Origin: an uncultured Verrucomicrobiae bacterium
Lineage (GTDB): Bacteria; Verrucomicrobiota; Verrucomicrobiia; Chthoniobacterales; Chthoniobacteraceae
Assembly (NCBI GenBank): GCA_963828525.1
Contig: CAWHEP010000005.1
Location: 64,001-128,000, forward strand
Reading direction: 5' to 3'
Length of the DNA: 64,000 bases
Shown here: piece by piece, positions 11,662-21,896 of the stretch
Numbering within the stretch: position 1 is the first letter of the stretch
How the letters are laid out: each line of letters starts with the position of its first letter
The notes under the pieces: model-generated
The model's input: only the letters and a program-made list of their open reading frames with translations
Told to the model about the DNA's origin: nothing
The model's database searches: none
Program-made: the position numbers and the translations under genes

Positions 11662-13058
11662 TGAACCCGAGATCGTTGAGATTTAAGCTCACCGTATGGT
11701 ATGCTGGCTTGCTATTGCTCGTCGTCGCGGCGTTTGGCGCTTATACCTACCATGCCGTACGCGAGCACCTCACGGGCCTTACCAAGCAAACACTGCTGCG
11801 GCGCGCCATTCAAATCGCGAGCGCCTTGTCCTCCAAGCCAGAGGCGGACTCTCAGATGCGGGGCGAGATGGAGGCCACCTACGCGCCCGCGCTGAACGAT
11901 CGCTTTATTCGGGTGACTCGCGATGGAGAAGTGATATACGTTTCGGGAAAGCCCAACGACGGGTCTTTTGTGCCGGATGCTGTTCCGCGAGCGGATTTTA
12001 GCGCTGCCTCCGCGAGAGAGGAGCCGATCCCGAGCGGAGGAAGACTCCTTGTCGCAGGCGCGCCGATTCACATGGGGACCCACCGCGTTCTCGTCGAAGT
12101 GGGCAGTTCGGAATCCGCGACTGATACTGTTCTCCGCGGCCTTTTGATCGCGCTCTCCATCGGTCTGCCCGTCTTGCTCGCGGTCGCCATCATCGGAGGC
12201 TACGTCTTGGTCACCAGCGCTCTGGCGCCAGTGGAGCATATCGCCGCGGCCGCTCACGATATCACCTTGCATCATCTGGACAGACGGCTTCCCGTCGTCG
12301 GCTCCGGTGATGAGATACAGGGGCTCAGCGAGACCCTCAACCAGATGATTAGCCGTCTTGACGAATCGTTCCAAAGCAGCAGCCGTTTCAGCAGCGACGC
12401 GTCGCATGAGTTAAGGACGCCGCTTACCATCATGCGAGGCGAACTGGAAGCGCTGCTGATGGATGAGACACTGCCACGAAACGTCCATGAGACTCTGTAT
12501 AGTCTCTTGGAAGAGATACAGCGTCTCGTGAAGATCGTGGAGGGCTTGTTCGCTTTATCCCGCCTCGATATTGGCGAGGCGCAGATGGAGCGCGTCCGGT
12601 GTGATCTTGCTCAGTTGGTGAGAGCCACCGCGGATCAAATGTGCCTCCTCGCGGAGGTAAAGGACACCAAGCTTCTCTACGAAACCGGAGATCGCGTGGA
12701 TGTGGAAGGAGACAGGGCAAGACTAAAGCAGGTCGTCGTCAATTTACTGGACAACGCCATTAAATTCACGCCCTGCGGAGGCACGATTACCGTGTCGGTG
12801 GCGGCGGAGAGCGGGATGGGACGCTTGCGGGTTGCCGATTCCGGGCCGGGTATCCCCGAGGAAGCTCTTCCTCATGTGTTTGATCGGTTCTTCAGGGCGG
12901 ACGGGGTGCGCTCGCGTGACGTGGAGGGCGCGGGCCTCGGCCTCTCGATTGTAAAGTCCATTTGCGGGGCGCACGGCGGCTCCGCCGTGGCGGAGAATTC
13001 CCCTGGCGGAGGTTGTAGCGTCTGCGTGGAAATCCCCCTGGCCGCAGGAATCAACTAA
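11661..13058 (+). CDS. Sensor histidine kinase (CusS/heavy-metal-sensor-like; 2 TM, HAMP, HisKA, HATPase)
   Basis: DASHELRTPL H-box; NLLDNAIK, DSGPGI and GLGLSI. Confidence 0.92.
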   Translation: MNPRSLRFKLTVWYAGLLLLVVAAFGAYTYHAVREHLTGLTKQTLLRRAIQIASALSSKPEADSQMRGEMEATYAPALNDRFIRVTRDGEVIYVSGKPNDGSFVPDAVPRADFSAASAREEPIPSGGRLLVAGAPIHMGTHRVLVEVGSSESATDTVLRGLLIALSIGLPVLLAVAIIGGYVLVTSALAPVEHIAAAAHDITLHHLDRRLPVVGSGDEIQGLSETLNQMISRLDESFQSSSRFSSDASHELRTPLTIMRGELEALLMDETLPRNVHETLYSLLEEIQRLVKIVEGLFALSRLDIGEAQMERVRCDLAQLVRATADQMCLLAEVKDTKLLYETGDRVDVEGDRARLKQVVVNLLDNAIKFTPCGGTITVSVAAESGMGRLRVADSGPGIPEEALPHVFDRFFRADGVRSRDVEGAGLGLSIVKSICGAHGGSAVAENSPGGGCSVCVEIPLAAGIN

Positions 13059-13067
13059 GCACAAAGC

Positions 13068-14313
13068 ATGAGCGTATCGATACAATCATCTCCAGAAACT
13101 CCCTCGCATCGAGCGCCTCGCAAGCCGCGCAAGCCATGGAAATGGGTTCTTCTTCTCGTGTGCGGCGGATTGGCGATCTATCTTGCAGCCTCGTTCATCC
13201 GCAAAGATCCCGCTGGGCGCGGCGGGGAGGGCGGGGATCGGGCTCCAATCCAGACGGTGGCGGTGGAGAAAGTAACCCGTGCCGATCTCTCCCAGGCGCT
13301 TACACTGGCCGCGGAATTTCACCCCTACCAGGAAGTCAGCATACACGCGAAGGTCGCGGGCTACGTCCAGGTCATCAACGTGGACATAGGCGATCATGTA
13401 AAGGCCGGGGGGGCGCTTGCCGTCCTGGAAGTTCCAGAGTTGAAGGATGAACTCGGCAAAGCCGCCGCGCAGGTAAAAGTCAGCGAGGAAGATGTGAAGC
13501 GGGCCGAGGCGAACTTCCAGGAGACTCATGCGATCTATGCTCGGCTGATGGAGGTCTCGAAAGAGCATCCCAAGCTCGTGGCGCAAGGGGATGTGGACAC
13601 GGCGAAATCCAAGGACGACGCGATGAGTAGCGCCCTGGGCTCGGCGCGCGAGCATGTAACAGAGTGCCAGGCGGAGCGCGAGCGGCTGGCGGCAATGCTT
13701 GACTATGCGACCATCCGGGCGCCATTTGATGGTGTCATCACAAGGCGCTATGCAGACGTGGGTGCCCTCGTACAGGCCGGAACCTCCAGCGCGCAAGCGG
13801 GGCCGGTCGTTGACTTCGCGGAAGACGATATCCTGGCGACTCCTATTTCCTGTCCCCGAATCGGCAGTCCCGCATATCAGGACAGGCCTTCCTGTCAAGG
13901 TCACGGTGCAAGCTTTGAATGAGACATTCGACGGCAAGGTGGATCGGTTCGCTGAAAAGGTGGACCGGGACACCCGCACGATGCAAACAGAGGTGGATGT
14001 TCCAAACCCAGCGGGGCGGTTTACACCCGGAATGTATGCCTCCGTGGAGATCGCCCTCGAGCAGCGCAAAAATGTCCTCGCAGTCCCGCTGCAAGCTCTC
14101 GCATTCGGTAAAGCGGAAACAGTAATCGTTCTTAACAAGGAAGGGCGCCTTGAAACTAGAAGTGTTGTTGTGGGTCTGGAGACTTCCGAGCGCGCCGAGA
14201 TCAAGTCCGGCTTGGAGGAAGGGGAACTTGTTCTTGTTGGCTCCCGCAGCAGCGTCCAACCGGGGCAACGGGCTTCCGGCAAGCTGACGGTGGTGGCGGG
14301 TGCGGTTGAATAA
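13068..14313 (+). CDS. RND efflux periplasmic adaptor (membrane fusion protein), frameshift near 13836
   Basis: KVAGYV...VDIGDHVKAG, IRAPFDGVIT, and TRTMQTEVDVPN..FTPGMYA in the second frame. Confidence 0.88.
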
Positions 14314-14324
14314 AGCGCGCATTT

Positions 14325-15060
14325 ATGGAAGAAGACATCCATCCCGAAACGCTCCGCGCCCTGCGCTCCTTCGACTCGTGCGCGGTTGCGAACGCAATTG
14401 AGACCTTCGGTGTCCAGTTGCGGAACGAAGGCTACATAGACGACAGCATCCAGTGCCGCCTTCCGGAACTCCCGCCGATGGTCGGCTTTGCGGTGACTTT
14501 GCGAGTAAGGACATCCAACCCCGCCATGGATGGAAGCTCGTATCTGGATCGCACGGACTGGTGGTCCCTCCTTCAGGAAAGCGCCCGGCCCATATGTCAT
14601 GGTCATCCAGGACGTGGATCGTCGTCCGGGACGTGGGTGCTTTCGTGGGAGAGATTCACGCCGGCATCTTGCAAGCGATGGGCTGTGTGGGCGTGGTGAC
14701 CAATGGCGCGGTGCGAGATATTCCTTCCATATCGCGCTTAGGTTTCAGCCTATTTTCGGCTTTCAGCGTAGCGGTATCTCACGCCTACATGCACATCGTG
14801 GAGGTCGGCGGCCTGGTCGACCATCGATGGCCTGCGCGATCAACCCGGCGACCTCCTTCATGGCGACCAGTCATGGGATTGTGAAATCCCCGCGGAATAT
14901 CGCCGATGCCATATTCCCGGACGTCGTTGCGCATTCAGCAAAGTGAACAACACGTCATGGATTTCTGCCGCTCGAAGGAATTCTCCATGGAAGGCCTCCG
15001 AAGGCATGTCTCGCGCGCCCGTACAACGCCCATCGTCCCCTTCCCTCCCCGACAATGTCA
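14325..15060 (+). CDS. RraA/HMG-aldolase family protein, several frameshifts; end approximate
   Basis: DSCAVANAIE, PPMVGFAVT, VMVIQD, AFVGEIHA, GVVTNGAVRD and VSHAY, spread across frames. Confidence 0.75.
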
Positions 15061-18000
15061 TTCGCGCTTCGCCATCCGCTATCCTTACCTGATCATCGTC
15101 ATTTGCCTGATGGTCTGCGTCATCGGCGTCACGAGCATCGTTCGGATGCCGGTCGATCTGTTCCCGGCGATCAGGATTCCCGTCGTGGTCGTGGCGACCT
15201 TCTTCTCCGGCATGCCGCCCGAGCAGATCGAGAACGATATCACCGGGCGCTTCGAGCGCTTCTTTACCCTGGGCAGCGGCATCGATCACATCGAGTCGCG
15301 TTCCCTGCCGGGCGTGAGCCTGATCAAGGTTTATTTCCAGCCGGGCACCAACGCCGACTCGGCCGTCACGACCATTTCGAATCTCGCGATGGCCCAGCTG
15401 CGGCGGCTGCCGCCCGGCACTCTCCCGCCGGTGGTTCTGAAGTTCGACGCCTCCAGCCTGCCCGTCTGCCTGATCACGTTGAAGGGCGAAGGCCTCAACG
15501 AAACACAACTGCGCGACCTCGGGCAGTTTGCCGTCCGCAACCAGGTGGCGAATGTTCCCGGCGCCTCCGTGCCGCAGCCTTTCGGCGGACGGTATCGCCA
15601 GATCATGGTCTATGTCGATCCGCTCAAGCTGGAGGCGCATCAGCTCAGCGTCATGGACGTGGTGCGCTCGGTGAACGATTCCAACCTCATCCTGCCCGCC
15701 GGCGACGTGAAGATCGGCCCGATCGACTACGGCCTCTATACCAACAGCCAGTTGCGCGGCGATCGAGGACATCAACCGACTGCCGCTGAAGACGGTCGAC
15801 GGGAATCCGGTGATGGTCGCGCGATGTCGGCCAGCGCGAAGGATGGCGCGCAGATTCAGACCAACATCGTGCGCATCGACGGCCAGAGATCCGCCTATCT
15901 GCCCGTGCTCAAGCAAGGCGGCGACGCCAATACCATCGCCGTGGTGAACGGCATCAAAAAAGCGGTCTCCGACTTGCTGGATGTCCCGAAATCGCTCGTC
16001 GCCAACGTCGTGTTCGACCAATCCGTTTTCGTCAAAACAGCCATCGAAAACCTCCTTCACGAAGGCGCCATCGGCCTCGTTCTCACCGGCTTGATGATCC
16101 TCATCTTTCTCGGGAAACTTCCGCGCGACGGTCGCGGTCTTTCTCTCCATCCCGCTCTCCGCGCTCGCCACTTTCATCGCGCTTTCGTTTGGGGACAACT
16201 CCATCAACTGCCATGATTCTCGGCGGCCTCGCGCTCGCTTTCTCGCGGTCTGATCGATAACTCCGTCGTCGTCCTGGAAAATATTTTCCGCCATATGGAA
16301 CTGGGCGAGTCGCCCGAGGTCGCCGCGGAGAAGGGCGGCGCGGAGGTCGCGCTGCCGGTGCTCGCTGCCACGCTTACGACCGCCGTCGTCTTTTTCCCGG
16401 TGACGTTCCTCTACGGGGTCAGCCGGTTCCTTTTCTCCGCCCTCGCGCTGTCCGTGGTGCTTTCGCTCTTTGCCTCCTACATCGTCGCGATGACCGTGGT
16501 GCCGCTTTTCTGCGCGAAGCTGATCAAGGCGCATCCAGGAGCACGACGCCGCACGGCGGCAGCCGCGCGCCTCAGCGTCCATGTGGGGAGCGTTTCAATC
16601 ACTGGTTCAATCGCGGTTTCACTGCGTTTCTCGATCGCTTCGACCGCACGCAGACGCTCGCCCTGGCGCGCCCGGCTGACCACGGTCATCGCGATCCTGG
16701 GCGTTTTTGTGCTGAGCTCTGCTCTGGTTCCCGCGCTCGGCCTGGCTTACTTCCCGCGCACCGATCCCGGGCAGTTTGTCATCAATCTCAAAGCGCCCAC
16801 CGGCACGCGCCTCGAGGTCACGGAGCAGGAAGTTGCGAAGGTCGAGGACCTGGTGCGGCGGCATCGTCGAGCCGCAAAGATCTGCGCCTCATCGTCTCGA
16901 ACATCGGCTCGACTGCCGATTTCTCCGCCATCTACACCAGCAACTCCGCCTCGCACACCGCGTTTGTCCAGGTGAGCCTTCAGGACGATCACCAGATCGG
17001 CAGTTACGAATACATGGACCGCAGTGCGCAAGGCGATGAAGACCGAGATGCCGGAACTTTCCGCTTACTTCCAATCCGGCGGCCTCGTCGACGCCGTGTT
17101 GAACCTCGGGCCAGCCGGCGCCCATCGACATCCAGGTGAGCGGCTCGAATCTCGAAAAGGCATACGCGACGCCGCGGAGATCGCGCCAAGGTCGACGCGA
17201 TCCCCGGCGTAAGCGACGTGCTGATTCCGCAGGATATCGATGCGCCTTCGCTCCGGCTGGAGATTGATCGCATCCATGCCAGCCAGCTTGGGCTTGAGTG
17301 AGAAGGAAGTCGTCGGAAACGTCATCACCGCGCTCACGTCCGAACGGCATGATCGCGCCGAGCTTCTGGGTCGATCCGAAGACGGGCAACGACTACCTGC
17401 TTACCGTCCAATATCCGGAGGAATCGATCAAGACGCTGTCGGATCTGAAAGGCATCCCCATCGCGTTCCGCGCGCGAAGATCGATTCCACCCGGCTGGAC
17501 GCCGTCACGAAGATCGTACCCGATCCAGTCGCCCACGGAGGTGGATCACTTTCAACTCCGCCGCGTCATCGACATCTTTGTGTCGCCGCAAGGCGAGGAA
17601 CTCGGCCGGGTGGCGCGCGCCGTCGAGCGAATCGTGCAACGAGACGAAGACGCCGGAAGGCGTGCGCGTGGCCATCCGCGGCTCCGTGCAGGCGATGAAC
17701 TCCTCCTTCACGTCTTTCGGCCTGGGCCTGATCCTCGCCCTCGTCCTCGTCTATCTCATCCTCGTCGCGCAGTTCAAATCGTTCATCGATCCCTTCCTCA
17801 TCCTGCTGGCGGTGCCGCCGGGCATCGCCGGCGTGATGGTCATGCTCGTCGCTCACCGGCACGACGCTGAATGTCATGTCCCTCATGGGAATCGTCATGA
17901 TGGCCGGCATCGTCGTCTCCAACAGCATCCTGATCGTCGAGTTTACCCATCGGCTGATCGAGGATGGCATGCCGTTGCGCGAGGCGGTGCAGTTTGCCTG

Positions 18001-18253
18001 CCGCGTGCGTCTGCGCCCGATCCTGATGACTTCGCTCGCGACGATCTTCGGCCTCATCCCGATGGCGATGAAGCTCGGCACCGGCAGCGAAGCTTATGCG
18101 CCGCTCGCCCGCGCCATCATCGGCGGTCTGCTCGTATCGGTCGTGCTTACGGTCTTTATCGTTCCGGCCGCCATTCTGGTTGTTTATCGGCGCCGCCAGT
18201 CGGAGCGGCGGCAGTTGGTAAGTCAAGAAAGGGTTCCCGTGGGGGCACAATGA
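15055..18253 (+). CDS. RND efflux permease (AcrB/CusA superfamily), heavily frameshifted
   Basis: MPVDLFPAIRIPVVVV, GMPPEQIE, DNSVVVLENIFRH, FPRTDPGQF, GIVVSNSILIVEF and RLRPILMTSLA, distributed over many ORF fragments. Confidence 0.88.
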
Positions 18254-19566
18254 AAAGCTGCGCTCCTATCCTGCTTTTCGCGTCGCTGTTCATACTCAGC
18301 GCCAGCGGACAGACTGTCCCCGAGTCGCTTAGTCTCGCCCGCGCGGAGGGAATAGCTCTTTCAAATTCCCCGAAGATTGCGGAAGCTTATTTTACGACGC
18401 AGGCGGCGAATCAGGCCGTCCGGCAAGCGCGCTCTGGCTTGTTTCCGCAGGCCGAATTGGACGCCGCCGCCGTCGGCGCAAACAAGGGGGCGCGCCTCGG
18501 TTCCACAGGTGGCCTGAACAATCCATCTGTCTTTAATCGCGAGTCTAATGGAATCAACGTCAGCCAGTTGATCACGGATTTCGGACGAACATGGGCTCTC
18601 ACTTCCGCGTCCCGGTTTGACGCGCTCTCCCAAGCCGAGAGGGAACGCTATATTCATGGGCAGGTGATCCTCATTGTGGACGTCGCGTACTTTAGCGCCC
18701 TGCGCGCGGAGTCTGTTCTCCGGGTGGCGACGGAAACGGTCAAGGCGCGCGGCGTGGTGTTGGAGCAAGCTTCCGCGCTCGCGAAAACCCAGATTAAGTC
18801 GGGCCTCGACGTGAGTTTTGCGCGTGAAAATGTCGCGGAAGCCAGGCTTCTTCTGCTGCAGGCTGAAAACGACGTCGCTGCTTCCATGGCAGACCTGTCC
18901 GCTGCTCTTGGCTATCGGGAGACGCGGGATTTCAGGCTCGTCGATGAACCGCAGTTCCCTTTCCCCAACGCTTCGGTCGAGTCGCTTGTGGCCCAGGCGC
19001 TTGCTAAACGGCCTGAAATTGCCGCGCTCCGCGATCAGGAAGAGGCCGCGCTCAGAATCGTGAACGCGGAGCGCGCTGCTCGTCTCCCGAAGGTGACGGC
19101 TCTCGCAAGCATTGGCCGCACGGTCACAGGCGGCGCGCCAGTGGAAGGAGATTACGCGGCGGCAGGCATCAATGTGGAACTCCCGATCTTCACGGGCGGC
19201 CGCTTATCGTCACGCTACGATGAAGCTCGCCTTCGAGCCTCAGCCACCCGCAAGCAGCGCGAGGACGAGGAGAACGAAGTTGTGAGGACGGTGCATGTCG
19301 CTTGGCTGACGACAACAACTTCGTTGAAGAGAATCGCTGTAGCGAAGGAGTTTTTGGAAAGCGCCTCCGATGTATTCTCACTTGCGGGTTCGCGCTTCCG
19401 CCTCGGACTGACCTCCATGATAGAGCTAACACAGGCGCAATTAAGCGAGACTCAGGCGCAAATCGAGTTCGCCTCGGCAAAGTATGACTATCAGATTGCC
19501 AGATCTCGGCTCGAGTTTGAGATCGACGGCTTCAGATACCGCAAAAACCCGGGCGACTCGCGATAG
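18250..19566 (+). CDS. TolC-family outer membrane efflux protein
   Basis: ATGA overlap with the RND stop; signal peptide; SQLITDFGRT, LPIFTGG and heptad helices. Confidence 0.88.
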   Translation: MKSCAPILLFASLFILSASGQTVPESLSLARAEGIALSNSPKIAEAYFTTQAANQAVRQARSGLFPQAELDAAAVGANKGARLGSTGGLNNPSVFNRESNGINVSQLITDFGRTWALTSASRFDALSQAERERYIHGQVILIVDVAYFSALRAESVLRVATETVKARGVVLEQASALAKTQIKSGLDVSFARENVAEARLLLLQAENDVAASMADLSAALGYRETRDFRLVDEPQFPFPNASVESLVAQALAKRPEIAALRDQEEAALRIVNAERAARLPKVTALASIGRTVTGGAPVEGDYAAAGINVELPIFTGGRLSSRYDEARLRASATRKQREDEENEVVRTVHVAWLTTTTSLKRIAVAKEFLESASDVFSLAGSRFRLGLTSMIELTQAQLSETQAQIEFASAKYDYQIARSRLEFEIDGFRYRKNPGDSR

Positions 19567-19572
19567 ACGCTT

Positions 19573-20082
19573 TCAGCGAAGTCTAGCCACAGCGGTGGCG
19601 CTATCGAGGAGGCTTCCCATTGATGCGGCTTGTGTCCATCGCTCGCCGACCAGGGGTTCACTGCTTGCTGTAAGAACTACAGTCACCCTCCCGCTATTGG
19701 TGACTGTAGCGATCTCCGAGGTGGGCAACAACTCGATGTTTGTTCCGATGATCTGACGGTGGATCGCCGCGACACGTAGTTTAGCCCCGCTCTTTGCCCG
19801 AACGAAGAAAACCCCCGTCGCGCGTTCACATTGAACGCCGGGCAGCGCAAAATCAAACCGCTCATCGTGGCGAGGCTCGACTCTGGAGACGTAGTCCACG
19901 TTGCTGAACGTAATGGATGCGACCAGCGCTTGTCGGGCTGGAATCCACCGCAGTTGGCGCCACAGAATCGTGCCAAAAGAATACGTCTGCGCCGTGTCCG
20001 GACTTTGAACCCTCACGACGTCAGCCCGGGCGAAGGCAAGAGAAAATAAGAACGTCGTTAAGTAGAGGAACGACCGGCGCAT
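19573..20082 (-). CDS. Hypothetical exported protein
   Basis: 169-aa ORF with signal peptide (AFA-RA|D). Confidence 0.6.
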   Translation of the reverse strand: MRRSFLYLTTFLFSLAFARADVVRVQSPDTAQTYSFGTILWRQLRWIPARQALVASITFSNVDYVSRVEPRHDERFDFALPGVQCERATGVFFVRAKSGAKLRVAAIHRQIIGTNIELLPTSEIATVTNSGRVTVVLTASSEPLVGERWTQAASMGSLLDSATAVARLR

Positions 20083-20120
20083 GGGAGTAATCTCGCGCTC
20101 CGGTCCAGGCGCGTCAATAC

Positions 20121-20155
20121 TTCATGGGTGTTTCACGCTGTTACGTAAACGTCAC
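20121..20155 (+). promoter_or_regulatory. Pho-box-like direct repeat upstream of porin 1
   Basis: CTGTTAC-GTAA-ACGTCAC (20138-20155) versus the PhoB consensus CTGTCAT-A(A/T)A(T/A)-CTGTCA(C/T). A second 11-bp-spaced pair TTCAT/TTCAC lies at 20121 and 20132. Confidence 0.5.
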
Positions 20156-20247
20156 ACTGCAAGCGCGCTTTTTCATTGCATCGGAGAAAGACGTCGAGCA
20201 AAAGAGACGGCGTAACTTTCACAATACCTTAGAAAGCGGAGACATTT

Positions 20248-21882
20248 ATGCGATTTGGCAGGAAATGGGTTCAGACGATTATTCTACTTTCGGCAACCGC
20301 CGTAGCGGCTTGTAACGCCACGGCCCAGGACAACGCGGCGCTACTGGACATGCTTGTGAAGAGGAAGCTTCTAACTGAAAAGGATGCGGATCAGGTAAGA
20401 ACCTCGATGGCGGAGGAGACGGAGACCACAAGCGCTTCCAAGATTAAGCTCTCAACGCCCGTCAAGGAGATGGATATTTACGGCGAATACCGGCTCCGGT
20501 ATTTTCACAACGACGCCAAAGTCGTCACGACGGGAGACACAGGCGCCCAGGACCGGCTGCGCTACCGCTTGCGCTTGGGCGCGGACATCAAACTGGGCGA
20601 CAATTTTCTGATCGGCTTCCTTCTGGAGGCAAATAACAGCGCGCACTCCGCGAATGTCACGCTCGGTAATTCCGCTTCCACGCAGCCGGATTCGCAGGTG
20701 TTCAACAAAGCGACGATCTCGACCGGTACCGCGGTCACAGGTGTAACGACGGGCACAGTCATCACGGGCATTAACCCGGCGACGGGCAAGCCCATCAAGG
20801 GAACGGTGGTAACGGGAGTGAAAACCGGCTCCGTCGTGACTGCTGTGAATTTTCAGGACACAGTTTTCTTCGGGGAAGCGTATGGGAAATATTCTCCCGT
20901 GGAGTGGGCGACGATTTACGCGGGAAAGATTCCCAATCCTTTCATCACAACCAGGATGCTCTGGGATCCGGATGTGTACCCGGAAGGGTTTGCGGAGCAA
21001 TTCAAGTTCACGCTTGGGCCTTGGGGAACAGGGAAGCCTGCACCCGCGCAGCGCGCGGGCGGCGATGGCAAGATGATCGCCGCTTCCTCAAGTTCCAGCG
21101 AAGGAGTGACCGTGGATGTATTCGCAAACTTCGGTCAGTTTATTTACGAGAATTCCGTTCAGAACACATTCAACAGCAGCACCGGTGTTCAGACGCCGGG
21201 ACATAGCGACCTGTGGATGATGGGGTGGCAGGTCGGCGCGAACGCTCACTTTACCAAAAATATTTCCCTCCAGGTGGCGCCTGCGATCTACAATTATGTG
21301 GGCAAAGGGAACATCTTCTCCACTCCGTTTAATGGCGACGGTCCGCAGGTCGTCCTGGACAATAACGCGAAGCTTGCCCTCGTCACGTTCAACACCATAG
21401 GCGTGAACGATCTTCTCGTTTACGACTCCCCTGTGGAGTTTGACTGGAAGATGTGGGGGCTTCCCTTCAATTTGACAGGTGATTTCGCGATTAATCTCGA
21501 CGGTGCCGCCAGAGCAAGGAACGCGGGCCACGCCGGCAAAGGGGATGAGGATATTGCTTACCAGGTTGGCGCGGGGGTGGGTCAGAACAAGAAGGCTGGC
21601 GATTTCCAGTTGCTCGGCTTTTACGAATATCGCGGCCAGTATGCCATCGATCCGAACGTCACCGATGACGACATTTTCGATGGGCGATTGAACATGGAGG
21701 GTTTCTACCTTCAGGCCAGCTACAACTTCACGGACTATTTCTCTCTTATTGTACAGGGTTCGCATTCGCGCCGGATCGATCAGAGCATAGGCACGGCCGG
21801 TTCTGGCGCGCTGGGAGAACCCGCTGGGTTGCCTCTCCAATACGCGAACCACATGTATGTGGACTTCAGTCTGAAGTTCTAG
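20248..21882 (+). CDS. Putative porin (Porin_5-like outer-membrane beta-barrel)
   Basis: Signal peptide; LLDMLVKRKLLT N-terminus; RLRYRLRLG; MLWDPDVYPEG; C-terminal DFSLKF (terminal Phe). Confidence 0.8.
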   Translation: MRFGRKWVQTIILLSATAVAACNATAQDNAALLDMLVKRKLLTEKDADQVRTSMAEETETTSASKIKLSTPVKEMDIYGEYRLRYFHNDAKVVTTGDTGAQDRLRYRLRLGADIKLGDNFLIGFLLEANNSAHSANVTLGNSASTQPDSQVFNKATISTGTAVTGVTTGTVITGINPATGKPIKGTVVTGVKTGSVVTAVNFQDTVFFGEAYGKYSPVEWATIYAGKIPNPFITTRMLWDPDVYPEGFAEQFKFTLGPWGTGKPAPAQRAGGDGKMIAASSSSSEGVTVDVFANFGQFIYENSVQNTFNSSTGVQTPGHSDLWMMGWQVGANAHFTKNISLQVAPAIYNYVGKGNIFSTPFNGDGPQVVLDNNAKLALVTFNTIGVNDLLVYDSPVEFDWKMWGLPFNLTGDFAINLDGAARARNAGHAGKGDEDIAYQVGAGVGQNKKAGDFQLLGFYEYRGQYAIDPNVTDDDIFDGRLNMEGFYLQASYNFTDYFSLIVQGSHSRRIDQSIGTAGSGALGEPAGLPLQYANHMYVDFSLKF

Positions 21883-21896
21883 CACCTACGCCTGTC

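Noticed and set aside
14906..16216. Apparent RraA-RND fusion ORF
   Set aside because: The junction lies in the indel hotspot and an ATG at 15055 matches the normal RND start; a fusion is unsupported without reads.
13086..16582. Long minus-strand ORFs (13086..14606, 14858..16582)
   Set aside because: Antisense shadows of the GC-rich MFP/RND genes; no recognisable motifs.
17578..19566. 662-aa ORF suggesting an RND-TolC fusion
   Set aside because: Artefact of frameshifts in the RND gene; TolC has its own ATG (18250) and signal peptide.
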